From the NCBI GenBank assembly GCA_002633005.1, contig NMRA01000609.1:172977-236976 (forward strand): a DNA stretch of 64,000 bases. Reading direction: 5' to 3'. Every line of letters starts with the position of its first letter. The first letter of the stretch is position 1. The notes beneath the pieces are model-generated. The model did not search any database. It was not told the DNA's origin and worked only from the letters and a program-made list of their open reading frames with translations. Source of the DNA: Phoronis australis. Its lineage: Eukaryota; Animalia; Phoronida. Positions 1-12,187 of this stretch are shown here, piece after piece. The position numbers were made by a program, and so were the translations under genes.

Positions 1-1977
1 ATGACTAGTGACTTCGTTGCTAGGTTGTGGGACATCCTGCGAGGCGGCGTTCCGTGGTCGTTATAAAACTAATGTGATCACGTGCTTCGCTCGTAATGCA
101 GTGGCAATTGTTCTAGAAGATTCGTATGATCTTGCGATTTCGCGAGAAAACAAGTAGAAAGTGTGTAGGATAAGTTTTACATCAGTGCTGCATATTTACT
201 ATGACCTACCTCCAGCGGAGGAATACGCGGAGAGTGAGTTTATAAAAGTGTTGCCGTTACCTGGCGAAGACCAATGTGAAAATATAAGTAAAACGCAATT
301 ATCTTTTAAGTGGGCCAGTCTGCGCTCTTACTGGGAGTCTTCGTTGCTAAGTTTCATCAAGGTTGCATGGCGCCATTTTTATGAACAATCATGATCCAGA
401 ATAGATTGGAGCCGTCTAATCTTTACAAGGAACTTCAATGGACGCTACATTCCTAGTTTCCTCTAATAAGGTATCGCGCATACTCGCGAACACTCGCCTT
501 TCACTTACGTGAGATTGCGTGGCCTTGTGAGATCTTACTTTTTGGCGACAATCTTGGGTCTACCCACCAAATCTTTGGTGCCATTTTGTCCAATTGATTT
601 TAGTGTCATGCGGTCAATAAGATACCGGGTATATTCGAAAAAGACGACGTTCTCAAATTCTCTTTTCTGCTTTCCATTACATGTTCATTAGGCTTACGTG
701 TCTTGAGTAAAACATTCAAACCAATATTTCACATTTCATATATCATATTCACTTTACCTTCCTCTACTATAATTTTATAAATATTATGATTCATAGCGAA
801 ACTACGCTAGTTACATTGACTCCTGCTTGTTTTCATAAAAGCGGTCAGGTGGCGATTTGTGTGGGTTCACAAGAACAAATGATAGTGTATTTCTCCACTG
901 CCGTTATCATACAGCTTAAATATTATTACTCTGACTAAACACACCAAGTCATAGCAAAGGACAATGCGTTGTTATTCTTTAGTGTTTTCTCAGCAATTTC
1001 CAGCGCGCCAGTTGGCTTGTATCAGCGCCCATGAATATTTTTTTTTACCGTTTGTTTTGTTCTGGCCATCACCTCTTTCGCCTCACACAGACAGCAGCAA
1101 AGTTTTGTCAGTAGTTGTAAATCTTCACTAAGCTATCATAAATGAGCGCTGCTTTAGTAATTAATGGCTTCCTTATCAAGCCTAGAGTGGTACTCATTAG
1201 TTATGGCTTGTCTTCCAATGTTCACGATCTATGATTAAATGGACAGTTTTCGCGTGTATAAATAGAACTTTTCAATTGCACTTAAGTGTGTACATTCGGA
1301 TTCCATTATAACTCTCGATTATGCTTGAAACATTCTGGGCGTATTGACGACAACCTGTCCCTTACTACTGGCTACAAAGGGGTAATGTTTATTCTTTGTC
1401 TCGAATATGAACGGCACAGAAGCTCAATGACAGTATTGACTGATAAAGGATATCGGACACCATTACTTTCATTGATAATATAATAATCGATAAGGCACGT
1501 TGACAAAACAGTTGAGCTGAAAACGTCGCTATGTAACCTATTAATTTTAGGGACTTCTTCTGGTGTCAACCTTTGTTCTGGGCGATTTTTGTTGATTTAC
1601 GTTGAACAACTTTGTATTTCAATCGAAGTTCTGTCTACAAGTTATAGCGAAGTGACATGTAGAGTGCGCCTTATATTTCTTCGGCTAATAATGTTTACCA
1701 CTTGTAGCAGCTCCATTACGACCCGTTAAGGGACACCGCTGTTTCATTGCGTTTCCGTCATCTCTTCATGCGTGCTCTGAATTAAAAGGTAAGGGTTAAA
1801 TGCTTGATACACGTTTTATTAATATAAAACTTGTGGGCATACGTGTGTGTGAGTGGGTGTATATAGCCGTGCGCACGTGCGTGTGCACTACTGTGCGCGC
1901 ATATTCGGTAGCAATGGTGCCCGGGTTTCCTTTCCACATAGAAAAGTCAATCAGCAGTGCGATCGCTAGTTATCTTT

Positions 1978-2112
1978 ATTATCATCATCATCATCGTCGT
2001 CGCCATCATCCTCATCGTCATCATCGTCATCATCACTATTATTGTTATCATGTTTAATATTACCGCCATGATTGTTATTGTTATCATTATCGTTACCATC
2101 GTTGTTATTATT
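1978..2112. repeat. Imperfect (ATC)n/(ATT/GTT)n trinucleotide microsatellite
   Basis: atcatcatcatcatcgtcgtc...attgttattgttatc; source of the spurious poly-His, poly-Ile and poly-Met ORFs. Confidence 0.9.
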
Positions 2113-4538
2113 TTGTCAATGAACCTACAAAAATTTTGGTGGGAAATCATAAAGCGCCCTTTAAAACGAAATTTGCCAGCAATTATGTCTACTTACAGGT
2201 AGTTCTATGAAAATCGACCACCCATGCCGTAAGAAATAGTAAAAGCTTTTCTCAATAGAATCACTCCTTTCAATTAACAGCGTTACGAAAAGTCTGCTTC
2301 GCCTAGATGTTGGTGATACCCTTGACAGCTCAAGCAATCAGTTGTTTTTTTAAACAGAACCTATTTTAACATGTCAAAATGATTTTGTTGTCTCTTTCCA
2401 AAATTCGAGAACTATGTTCTAACCGCAGAATCCAAGATTTCTCTTGCTGTGAATTGGGTGTTATATACAGCAAAGTGATTATTAAAAGACGCTTGAAAAT
2501 TCCGTAATGTAGAGGAAATTTCAAAAGGAAACTCTATGAAAATCTGGGAGTATGGTTGCCGTCAATTCCCTGTGTCAAAGTATGGTTCGAATGTACACAG
2601 GTATTGTACATGTGCAGAATTTCTCTAGAACTTGGATGGCTCAAGGGCTTTACTGTACTAAACACAAATAAGACTGTTGTGGACAAAAGATACTGGCGAG
2701 ACAAGCTGGTAGCATGATCGCGTGCTTCGTTTGTAATATGTCACCATACATATATCTCGCAAAGACGTGCGTGATCTTACATTTTCTCCGGTTACTTGCG
2801 TCTACCGAACGCAGATCTATTTCCAACCGCGAATGAGTACCATGCTTAACACCACGTACTTGTACAATGTGTGGTCTATGTTAAGGGTACTCGAAGTAGA
2901 TAAGCCATCAGCTATCTGCTTAACAAGCTACTAGTGACAATATACGCGTTTTCTTCCATTCGTGACGCACGATGAGTTGAACACTATTCTTTCTTCTCCC
3001 GCTGTCTTCAATAACCATAAACATTGACATCGGTAATTATCGTTGTACTGGTCACGGAAGTACATGTATAAACACTCACTGTTAACATTTCACGGCATTT
3101 AAATGTCCAATGTTATCCTGCGCAGTTTCGCTTGGAAAACATTTATGATCATGGTTGCCAATGGAACGGCCATTATTGCTTTATGTAAATGGTTTCGTTT
3201 TGTGCCGTTGTATTTCCTAGAGATATATGTCGGAAGAACAGGTACTTTCCATGACTGGAACTAAGTTGTAACCGACACGAACAAGATAGGCGACTAAAGA
3301 TAGATTCATTTATCCATCGCTCTGCGCAGTATAGATTGAAGGGCTAATGAATATTTTTCAATTGACAGGAACAAAAATAGTTCACTTATAATTACTTAAA
3401 AATACTTTGAACTGTCACAGTCTCTTTGGTATGCGTAACGCGTTTCTCATCAAAGAAAATCCAGTAATAGTAAACTCTCTTTGTCTGCTTTCGGAATCGG
3501 AATCTCTTACCTTCATCAGTTGTAAAACATATGCAACACGAAAGAACGATGTACAAATTGCAAAAAACGCGAATGAAATCGACCAGAAATTAAATCAGAC
3601 ACCTTCTTCCGAAAGCTATTAAGAGACATGATACCATTTGTTATCAACACTCTTGCTTTTTACCTAGAGTAAATATGTAAATTGACTTCCATAATTCACC
3701 TCCTTCGTATAAAATAAAACTAATGTTGTTATTGAAATTCAGTTGAGACCTATTTATGGAAAATTATACCTTGAAGTTCAATCTGACTGTGAATTTTGTT
3801 CTTGTCCTGTCAACTTGAATACAGTGAAACTGTGTTGTCCATACAGCGCAGAGAATCCAAGTATTGTGTTCGAGTGGGATAATCCCGCATCAGTTTCACG
3901 TGCGGTTTCACATGCTTTATCAAGCTTATTAATGCAATGTGAAGCTCGGACTGGAAAGGATGGGGCCAAAATTATGAAAAACTAACGAGGGTTGGGAAGG
4001 ACGAATCAGAAAATACGAAGAACGGAAAAGAGATGGGATCCGCCCGTAGACAAAAACCGAGAGCAAACCGGTTCAAGAGTCCCCGTTTTGCCGGTCCACA
4101 TCCCATTTTATCAACATCCTAAGTCGGGTCCGGAAGTTCTCAGAACGAGTTTGGTGTTACAGGGCCATAATTTAAGTCATCAAGTTGTATGACCCTTTCC
4201 ATTTCCTTCTTTCAAACGGACGCCGCTAAAAAGGGAAATCGTTATTAAGGCGGCCCTGTCAACTGACCATGGTAGCGCCAAGTGCGTTCTTAAACGGGAG
4301 AAAATGTCAATGGGAACTGACTAAGCGTTGAAGTTTCAGTGGTCGAGTTTACGGCAATCAAAAAAGATTCCAGTGAAAACGGTCACTTAACGACCTGATA
4401 ACGAGTTTGGAATGACGAGGTCCATCCATAATGTTAACGTAATAACAGTTGAAGAGTTGGGCGATCAACATTAATGCGTTACCTGCATTGTGTGCACTGT
4501 CTGTGTCCACGACCGGGAATAGCATTGGGGTAAAACTA

Positions 4539-4838
4539 TCGTTGGCCAAATGCGTGCGTAAATTAAATCTTGTTAGTGGCGAAAATTAAAGTTAATTTAC
4601 GCACACAATGTAAGTGCGTGACGTTCACCCATTTTGCCAACGATAAATTTAGGTTGCAAATAAGTAATTTACACCGTTAAAAGTTGACTTACGCCTCAAA
4701 TTATTACTTTACGTCGTAAATAATTAATTTACGAATTTAAAATTTAATTCACGCCGTTAACAATTCAGTTACGCCACTGACAAGAATTAATTTACGCACG
4801 CAATTTACGTGCGTGACGTTCACCCATGTGGCTAACGA
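4539..4838. mobile_element. MITE-like element with terminal inverted repeats and TA flanks
   Basis: TA|TCGTTGGCCAAATG ... CATGTGGCTAACGA|TA. A subterminal inverted pair links tgcgtgcgtaaattaaatcttgttagtggcg (4551-4581) and cgccactgacaagaattaatttacgcacgca (~4772-4802). Internal aatttac(g) subrepeats. Confidence 0.7.
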
Positions 4839-6629
4839 TATAAAACCTCCATTTTTCCGCTTATCTGCACGCGCAGGGCTTCCCCACGAACAACGTTTTT
4901 CGTTTCGTAACCCCCGAATATAATTCTGTCTTTTATTTCGATCTTGTTTCTTCTACAAGACCGTGGCATTTCCTTTTCCCATTGACATTCTTGAATGTGA
5001 TTTGAATCGATCGGATTGGATACCTGAATTAGATAAAAATGTTGTTTGATAAAACTTAACGGAAAAGAAGGTGAATCACGAACAACAAAGGTGCGTTCGC
5101 GGTAGAGGATTAGCGTTGCACGAGGATAGTTAGACGCTGGTTTCTTACATGTACATGCACGCGACCACGTGTTAGAAGGTACCGTACAAAAATTGATGTT
5201 AGCATTTCTGTTTATTAGTGACAATTAATCCATTTTGTGGGGATTCTTCAAGTCGCACGAATTGCATTCGTTTGTGTGGGAACATTTTATGATCATGAAT
5301 TTTTGTAGCAGGCATGTGTCTTGACTTGTAATTGTGTAGTTCGCCACAGGAATTTTCGTGTAAACTCAAGGAACATTTTCCCAATCGACGTGAAAAATAT
5401 GAAAATTGAACATTGCTATGACACGTATCCACTATTTCATAAATGGAATTCTGACGTCACAATCCCCTCTCAAAATGGGTTTTCACATAGAAATTTGTTA
5501 AAATTTCGGATCGTCCTTTGGCGACAAACGTACCACAACACTTTTTTGAGATTCGACTCTAAAATTGTCCTGTCGTATCACATGCTTGCTGTAAACTTTG
5601 AAATTTCACGCAGTGTGATTTGTTAATTTTCTACTAATATTTCAAGATAATTGGATTGGTCCCCGAGTCCTAGTCCTATCGTTAACAACGCCCTACTGTT
5701 GGCAATCGTGTACATTAAAAACATTTCAAATCCCGTGGTCCTTGTTAGCAACACCACCTTTAGTCCTGCGTTGGCGTTCGAGAGCGCATAACTGGCATTT
5801 TTCAAAGTCGGTCAAGGAGTACCTGTCCCACAAGAAAATCTGTAATCGTTCTACAGGTGAGCCTGTGTTTTTTCGACTACAAAACTTAGTCAAGGGTTTG
5901 ATATAAGCTGGCCTTCGGGCTGTCAAAAAACTACTTTCTACCATAAAAATGGGCCCAACTTTCTACTTCTTGGATGATGAATGATTTCTGGCGGGAAATA
6001 ATTGACAATTCTCAGGCGATGCTCGGCGCACAAGCATGGACGATCCGCCGTGACAGACCAACTTATCAGGCTTAACCTCGATCAATAGCAAACTGTCAGT
6101 GTTGTTTTCAAACCCGTATTTAATCTGAACAAGGCACGATTTAAGGTGATATTCATAACGGTAAGTGTCCCAACTCAAAAGTTGTATTTGACGGAAGGCG
6201 CGGGTTTGAAACCCCGGCAGTCCACGTTTCAAGTACTATAAATCAGCGTTCCGCCGAAGAAAGTAACCTCTCGTTTAGACCATTCACCGTTATAAAAGAG
6301 GTCTCAATTATGCTCAATTATTGTTACTCCATACCATGATCGGTGAATAAAATGACACGCCGTGACAAGTTAATTTCGAGCGCCTGGTTTCAAGTAGTAA
6401 CGAGCCGTCAGTTCTTTTGTAGAGGTCCGAGACTCCATTTTGACCAGGGAATAATTTGAGAACATTTCTCAGCGGTAAACGGTTTAAATCAAAAGTTGGT
6501 TTTGTGGATTTATAGCCGTTTTAAGTATTCGTGTCGGTGTTGGATTCGCCTCTCTCTGTAGGAAAAGCAATAACAACTACCCTTCATAAATATTTAAACG
6601 GACATTATCGGTTTTAAAGCGCATTTTGT

Positions 6630-7500
6630 TGTCTTATTGTTGGAGGGGATAGACTTCTTGAAGTCATTAGCTTTGACCAGGGCTATAAAACAACAAAATC
6701 CGTTGTGCTTTTGTGGTTTAATTACAAATCGCCTAATTCTCGCCGTTGTCTGCCAGACATGTATTCGCAAAGATCAAGGCCGATGTTGTTACCAGTTTAA
6801 CTACTTTTGAAATACTCGGCTATGTCATGCGTGATATCTGGCTCAGCCGTTGGGCGGATATAGTGGCAGGTTTAGAGGGGGGGCAAGGTGGCCATGGTCC
6901 CTCCTAAAATTCTCCCAGATTCCATTTGGCAGTTGGGGGTGCGAATGTTTGACGGGCAAAATCCTGGCTAATACTGTGCCCTGCCCCCCAACTCAAAATC
7001 CTGGATCCGCCCCTGGGATATGCTACATGCACAACGGAGTTAGCAGGTTCGATTACCCACAACAACCTACTTTCAGTAAAATTACGCTTCTCGCTGATGA
7101 TGCCCCTCTGATCGTGTACATGTACTTGCATGGCCTCACTACTTAGTTTATCGTCTCGGAAAGTGAGTAAATTTTGTTTTCTAGTTCTTTTGAACAAAAT
7201 GTGTTCCAACACATGGACTTTCAATGGGAGTATCTCATAGTTCTAGGAAAATTATTGTTTTGACGGCAGAAAAATGCAATGATGGAATTATTGTTGAATG
7301 GGGGAGACTTCGAGAATCATTAGCTTTGACCATGGCTGTAAAACAACAAAGTCCGTTGTATTTTTGCTAATTTTATTACAAATCACGAATTCTCGCCGCT
7401 GTCTGTCAGGCTTTCGCTGAAATCAAAAACTGTGTCTTTGCCACGTAAATATGCTTAATGCTATTCCATTTAATACGTGGGATTTGACTCAGTGGTCGGT
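6630..7500. repeat. Diverged direct duplication (~6630-6850 and ~7285-7495)
   Basis: Both copies share tcattagctttgacca.ggct.taaaacaacaaa.tccgttgt...attacaaatc...attctcgccg.tgtctg. Confidence 0.75.
6861..7015. mobile_element. Short non-autonomous DNA-transposon-like element (second copy ~17290-17380)
   Basis: gtggcaggtttagagggggggc ... aactcaaaatcctggatccgcccctg; the same ends recur at 17290-17380. Confidence 0.6.
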
Positions 7501-10500
7501 AGAGTAATCAGCTTCTACTGAAGAGCTGATGGGTAGCTGCTACTGTTCACGCTAACAATTCCCTTTTAAAACAGAAATATCAATTGAGAGCGGTAAATTA
7601 CCCGAATTGTAAGATTGGTCATTACCTTTGAGTGACTTAAAAACACGTTTATCCTGGGTGATCGTAATTAAAAAGAACGCGTACGTCCAAGAACTGTAAT
7701 TTATTGGAATTGCTAGATTCATTATATAATTCAGGTCTAGAGATATCGCATTATCGGGAAATCTGTTAGCAATACGCCAACAGTCGTATGCTGCTTCATC
7801 TCAGTCAGTCGGTAGGAATCTTTACACAGAATCTTTACGTCAGTAATGCAAATGATAAATAGCAAAAAAGATAATCTGGAGTTGGTTTTATGTACTTTAT
7901 GTACTTTATGTTCACAGCGTGAAGAAGAATTGCTTTCAGCGACAGTACTGTAGAGACAGAGTTGTATAAATCGTATGCTCGAGAGTCTGTGGTTTTCACA
8001 ATGCCTCTTGAGTTCCTTGTTCTAATATTGAATTAAAGACATTCTTTCCGCTTCGTAAAAGAAATTTGACTACAAGCCAGTATAGCTTAGGTTGACTCCC
8101 AAATGATATTCTTTCAACACGAAATCAAATGTTTTCAAAGTAATAAGAAGTAAATGTGAAACTTTTATTTTTTGTTTCTGGTGGTGGTGCACCAACAAAA
8201 TGGCTACCATATCTAAACGGCATTGAAATGCACTTTTTATGATCTGCCTGTAAATAACGCTCACGGATCACTTCCCTTATAAGCAAGGAACAATTGAGAT
8301 CAGTTTTTATATCAGTTAGTAACTTTAAAAAAAATCAAAAGTTTTTTCAATGACGTGACGTTAGTTTATGGGAGCTTTAACGTCATACAGTTGACAGAAC
8401 TCAATCTCAGAAATTCAAAACCTGACAGGTGTTTCCGCTTACACAATGACAGTTAAAGACTAGTGTGATCACCAAGATGTGTTGATGGAATTTTTTGACG
8501 TGCTGTCTGCCAACTCTAAAGATTTTATTCGAGCGTTTCTTCTTAAAACTGAACTGTGATAGAGCTGTTGTTGAGCGCGATCACGTGCCATTTTATTCGT
8601 CCAATATGGAAGGCGGACTGCCGACAGGAATGAAATCGTTGATAGTATGGCAAGTGTCGAATGACGGTCAAAGCATACATTTTCTAGAGAAGAATTTGTT
8701 TGTGCATGAAATTCAGTTTTCTAGTTAGTCGTGTGGGGTCCCTTAGTATTGTGACGACCTAGGGAATAAAATATTAGCGTTAGACACGTGACGCGACAAT
8801 GGCATTCACTGAGTAACCAGTACTGAGAATGCATGGCCTCACCTTCCCATCACAACCCGTCCTTCTCACTCATCGTCCGTCTTTCACATTTTTGAATCCG
8901 TCCTTCTTATAGTTCTAGTCATCCTGTCGGTAGACCGATCTTCGCACTGGGCAATAAAGCCTGGGCATGCGCAGTCATGGATAACAATAATTACTGAAAA
9001 TGGGTGGTGGTTGTGATAGCGGTGGTGGTTGCGGTGGTGGTTGTGGCGGTAGTGTATCCTGAAGCTGAGAAGTCACGGGAGAAAAACTTCTGCGGGTTCA
9101 CCGCTGTTAAAAATATTTACGGAATGTTTAGCATGAAATCTGACATCAATCGATCCAGAAAAGTCATGTTTTGTATAAGGTCTAATTAGTGAATGAATCC
9201 TGTCGCTATTTCCTGCGAAAAGTCGATCCTGCATTTGTTGTTGTGCCTATGTATTAAATAAACAAATCATACAATCTTACGCACCTCATTTTGATCCAAT
9301 TAGAGGGTAACTAGATTGCAGCTAAAAGTTGATATCCGGTCCAACCCCTTCAGGGCTTTGACAACATAGAGCGTGTACAACCTGTACTTGGTGAAGCGTG
9401 AAATTACAATAGATCCCCTATACGATTTTGTATGAGAAAAGCAATTCAAAACCCTATGATTATTGGGTTACTGTTTCGACCACGAGTAAGAAGCGCCAGA
9501 TCCGGAAAACGCTCTGCTTGACACGTGGCGGCGAGCGCTATCTGTTGGTAAATGGGGTAGAAAGTAATGACTTCGTTATCCATTTTGCTTGAAGGGAAAT
9601 TCCCAGCACAATACAATGTTCATTATTTCGAGTTACCCCGACCTGTCTTAAACGGGGTTGTGCAACCCCCGGAAATTTGTCACATCTGTAATATTGCGCA
9701 ACTTGCTTCGCAACCAGCGTTCAAAGGACAGTGTAGACTTTTCTTTTGCATGTACAGTTAACGAGTTACAAGCGCTTCATCGGAAAATGATCGATTTGAT
9801 CTGTTTAATTACACAAGCGCTTCATAAGGAGTCTGTGACCTGTTAGTAAATAATTTACTAGTCTATTATACAACAGGGTTGAATAGTTACACATTTTCAA
9901 GTTGTGACTCTATTTAATTACCGTGATGTAAGGCGTCTGTTGAGAATGTCTCCCTATCAACTTATGCGAAAGTCCATTATCAACATCCGTGGTTTGAATT
10001 TGTTACAACATTAAGTTTATGTAAAAACCTTCTCTAGAACTCTGCATTTAGCGAAATGTCTGCAAAAGTATTGATTTTAACTGTGTAAAAATACATATTT
10101 TCAGAAAGTAAGAAGAGTATTGAATTTGAATTTTTTCTTTATACCAATGAACTGCCATTAAGTGGGTCACGTGACAAATTTTTTTCAGTGAAATTTAGCA
10201 AAACAGAAAGGAACATTGATAGGAAACAACGTTATCAACAACAAGACTAATATAGATTTTTAAGGTGAAATCCTAAAAACGCGGTCACAGCTTTCTAAAT
10301 TATTGTTTCGTTTACGTTTAGTGGAACTTGAATGTTATCCCATAAAATTATACAAGAGTCTTATTTTTGATATCCTCTAGGGTCCAACACAACCTCAAGA
10401 CATTGATTCTATGGCACACGTGACAATAAAACCACTGAACTAGATTTCACAAGATGGACTTTGCTAATGCGGTCGTAAGCATTCCGCTCGCTTACCGTGA

Positions 10501-12068
10501 AAGATTCAAAACGAAATAATAATGAATCTGTAATCGGGAACTTTAAAACTGAAAAAGGTCAGAGTTTGTATATATCAGATCAAAGCCTTTCCTAAATATT
10601 TCAGTTATTATCAAAATTGTAAAGAAGACACGGAGTTTGACCCTTGGCAAATTCGGAACGCCATATCTCAGAGATAGCTGATCGGATTCACATGAAACCT
10701 TCGCATATTAGGATTTTAAAATGTTCCAGTTCTCAAAAATAAGTCAGACTGTTTTAGAAAATTGTGACTTCAGTTAGTCATGCCTTGCCGATTTAAAGTT
10801 TTTTTTAAGTCAAGTTACCTTCACACTAGGCGCAAACTGTTAATGAGGCTCGCAAAAGCATTATTTCGTTGTCAAGATCTCGGTAATCATGTGGTAGTCC
10901 GTTATTTGTTAGTAATCTAAAATAGGGTCGAGTGTACTTTGAATGCCATTTTCTCGTATAACCCGGGTCAGAGCTGTTGTCAATAGGCCCATTAAGTCAA
11001 ACCCAGTCTCGACTCTTTGCCCCTAGCTGCTAACCTCGCCACCCTTTTCCTGCCATGTATTAGGGACAAATCAAACCTTATCTCAGCAGTGCGGCTATAC
11101 AGTTGTACGCAACTTGTTTCGTTTCGTGTTCTTGTTATCTAGGCTCTCCAACGTAAGAGCTAGCCAGTAAACGCTGATTAGAGATTATCATCGTACTCGA
11201 TAACATGAGCGACGACTGAAAAACTTGGCAAATTGTTTAACCATCATTTGTGATTTTCTCAGTATTTGCAATTGCTTGTTCTGCGCATCAGAGCAGAGGA
11301 AATTAATTTTAGGTAAAAATACTGATACAATAAAAATATTTTCATTAATTCATATTACGTTTGCATGTCGTAAATAGCTCAAATAGTTGGCGAGAGACGA
11401 ACTGGTCAAAACACCGTGTAAACAGAAGACGTTACAATCGTCTTGACACCTGGTGTGCCATTTTAAATCACTCCCAGAGGTTGTGCAGATTGTTCCAGAC
11501 AAAGTTTTTACCGGTTGCACATGCCGTGTAAACGCAGAGGGGATTAACCGAAGGCAGTTCCATTCTATCACGCATTTCTCGATAGGAGTTAACTTGAAAC
11601 TGCCTTTTGTGACTACTGCTTCCGCGCATTCTCGCACTGACACGATTTCCGGTTTGTTCACAAGTTTCAGTTGTACCGTGTAAACACACACGACCTTGAA
11701 ACAGCCTGTACCCATTCCCACTGCCGTGTGAACGCAGCATTCATCAGGACGATTCTGCACACCCACTTTCCGAGGCCTTACTTACGTATAAGCTAACCAA
11801 TAAGTGGATTACACTCCTATTTCTCGAGCAAGTGCATTGTGTATAGAGATTCCATCGATGACAAGAGTGCAGTAATCTATCAGAAGCATTGTGCAGTTTC
11901 TTGAACGATGCTCATATAAATGAATTGGTGTTAAGTGCCTCGTTAAGATACTGTACACTACTCTACTGTTGCGATGCTACGTAGTCAACACGACATTAAA
12001 CTCCGTTGTAGCGGATTGCTGAAATTTGTGTTAACTTTTCTAATCAAGAATTTTCTTTTTCAGTTATT

Positions 12069-12187
12069 ATGCAAAAAAATTTATACTGGCTCACGGCTGC
12101 CCTCGTGATATGGTCAGCGTTAATCCTCACGTCGGATGCCATGTGGTACAGATTCCGAAGACCACGGTGGAGAAAAATAGATTGCAG
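12069..12187 (+). CDS. Elevenin-like precursor coding exon 1 (signal peptide to first Cys)
   Basis: MQKNLYWLTAALVIWSALILTSDAMWYRFRRPRWRKIDC+AG; donor CAG|GTACTG; 119 nt. Confidence 0.88.

Noticed and set aside
1800-2202. Poly-His, poly-Ile/Val and poly-Met ORFs that look like metal-binding or membrane proteins
   Set aside because: They are translations of a trinucleotide microsatellite in several frames.
11350-11766. 138-aa Cys-rich ORF next to the neuropeptide exon
   Set aside because: Non-ATG start, no signal peptide or domain, overlapping ORFs on both strands, repeat-like accgtgtaaac motifs.
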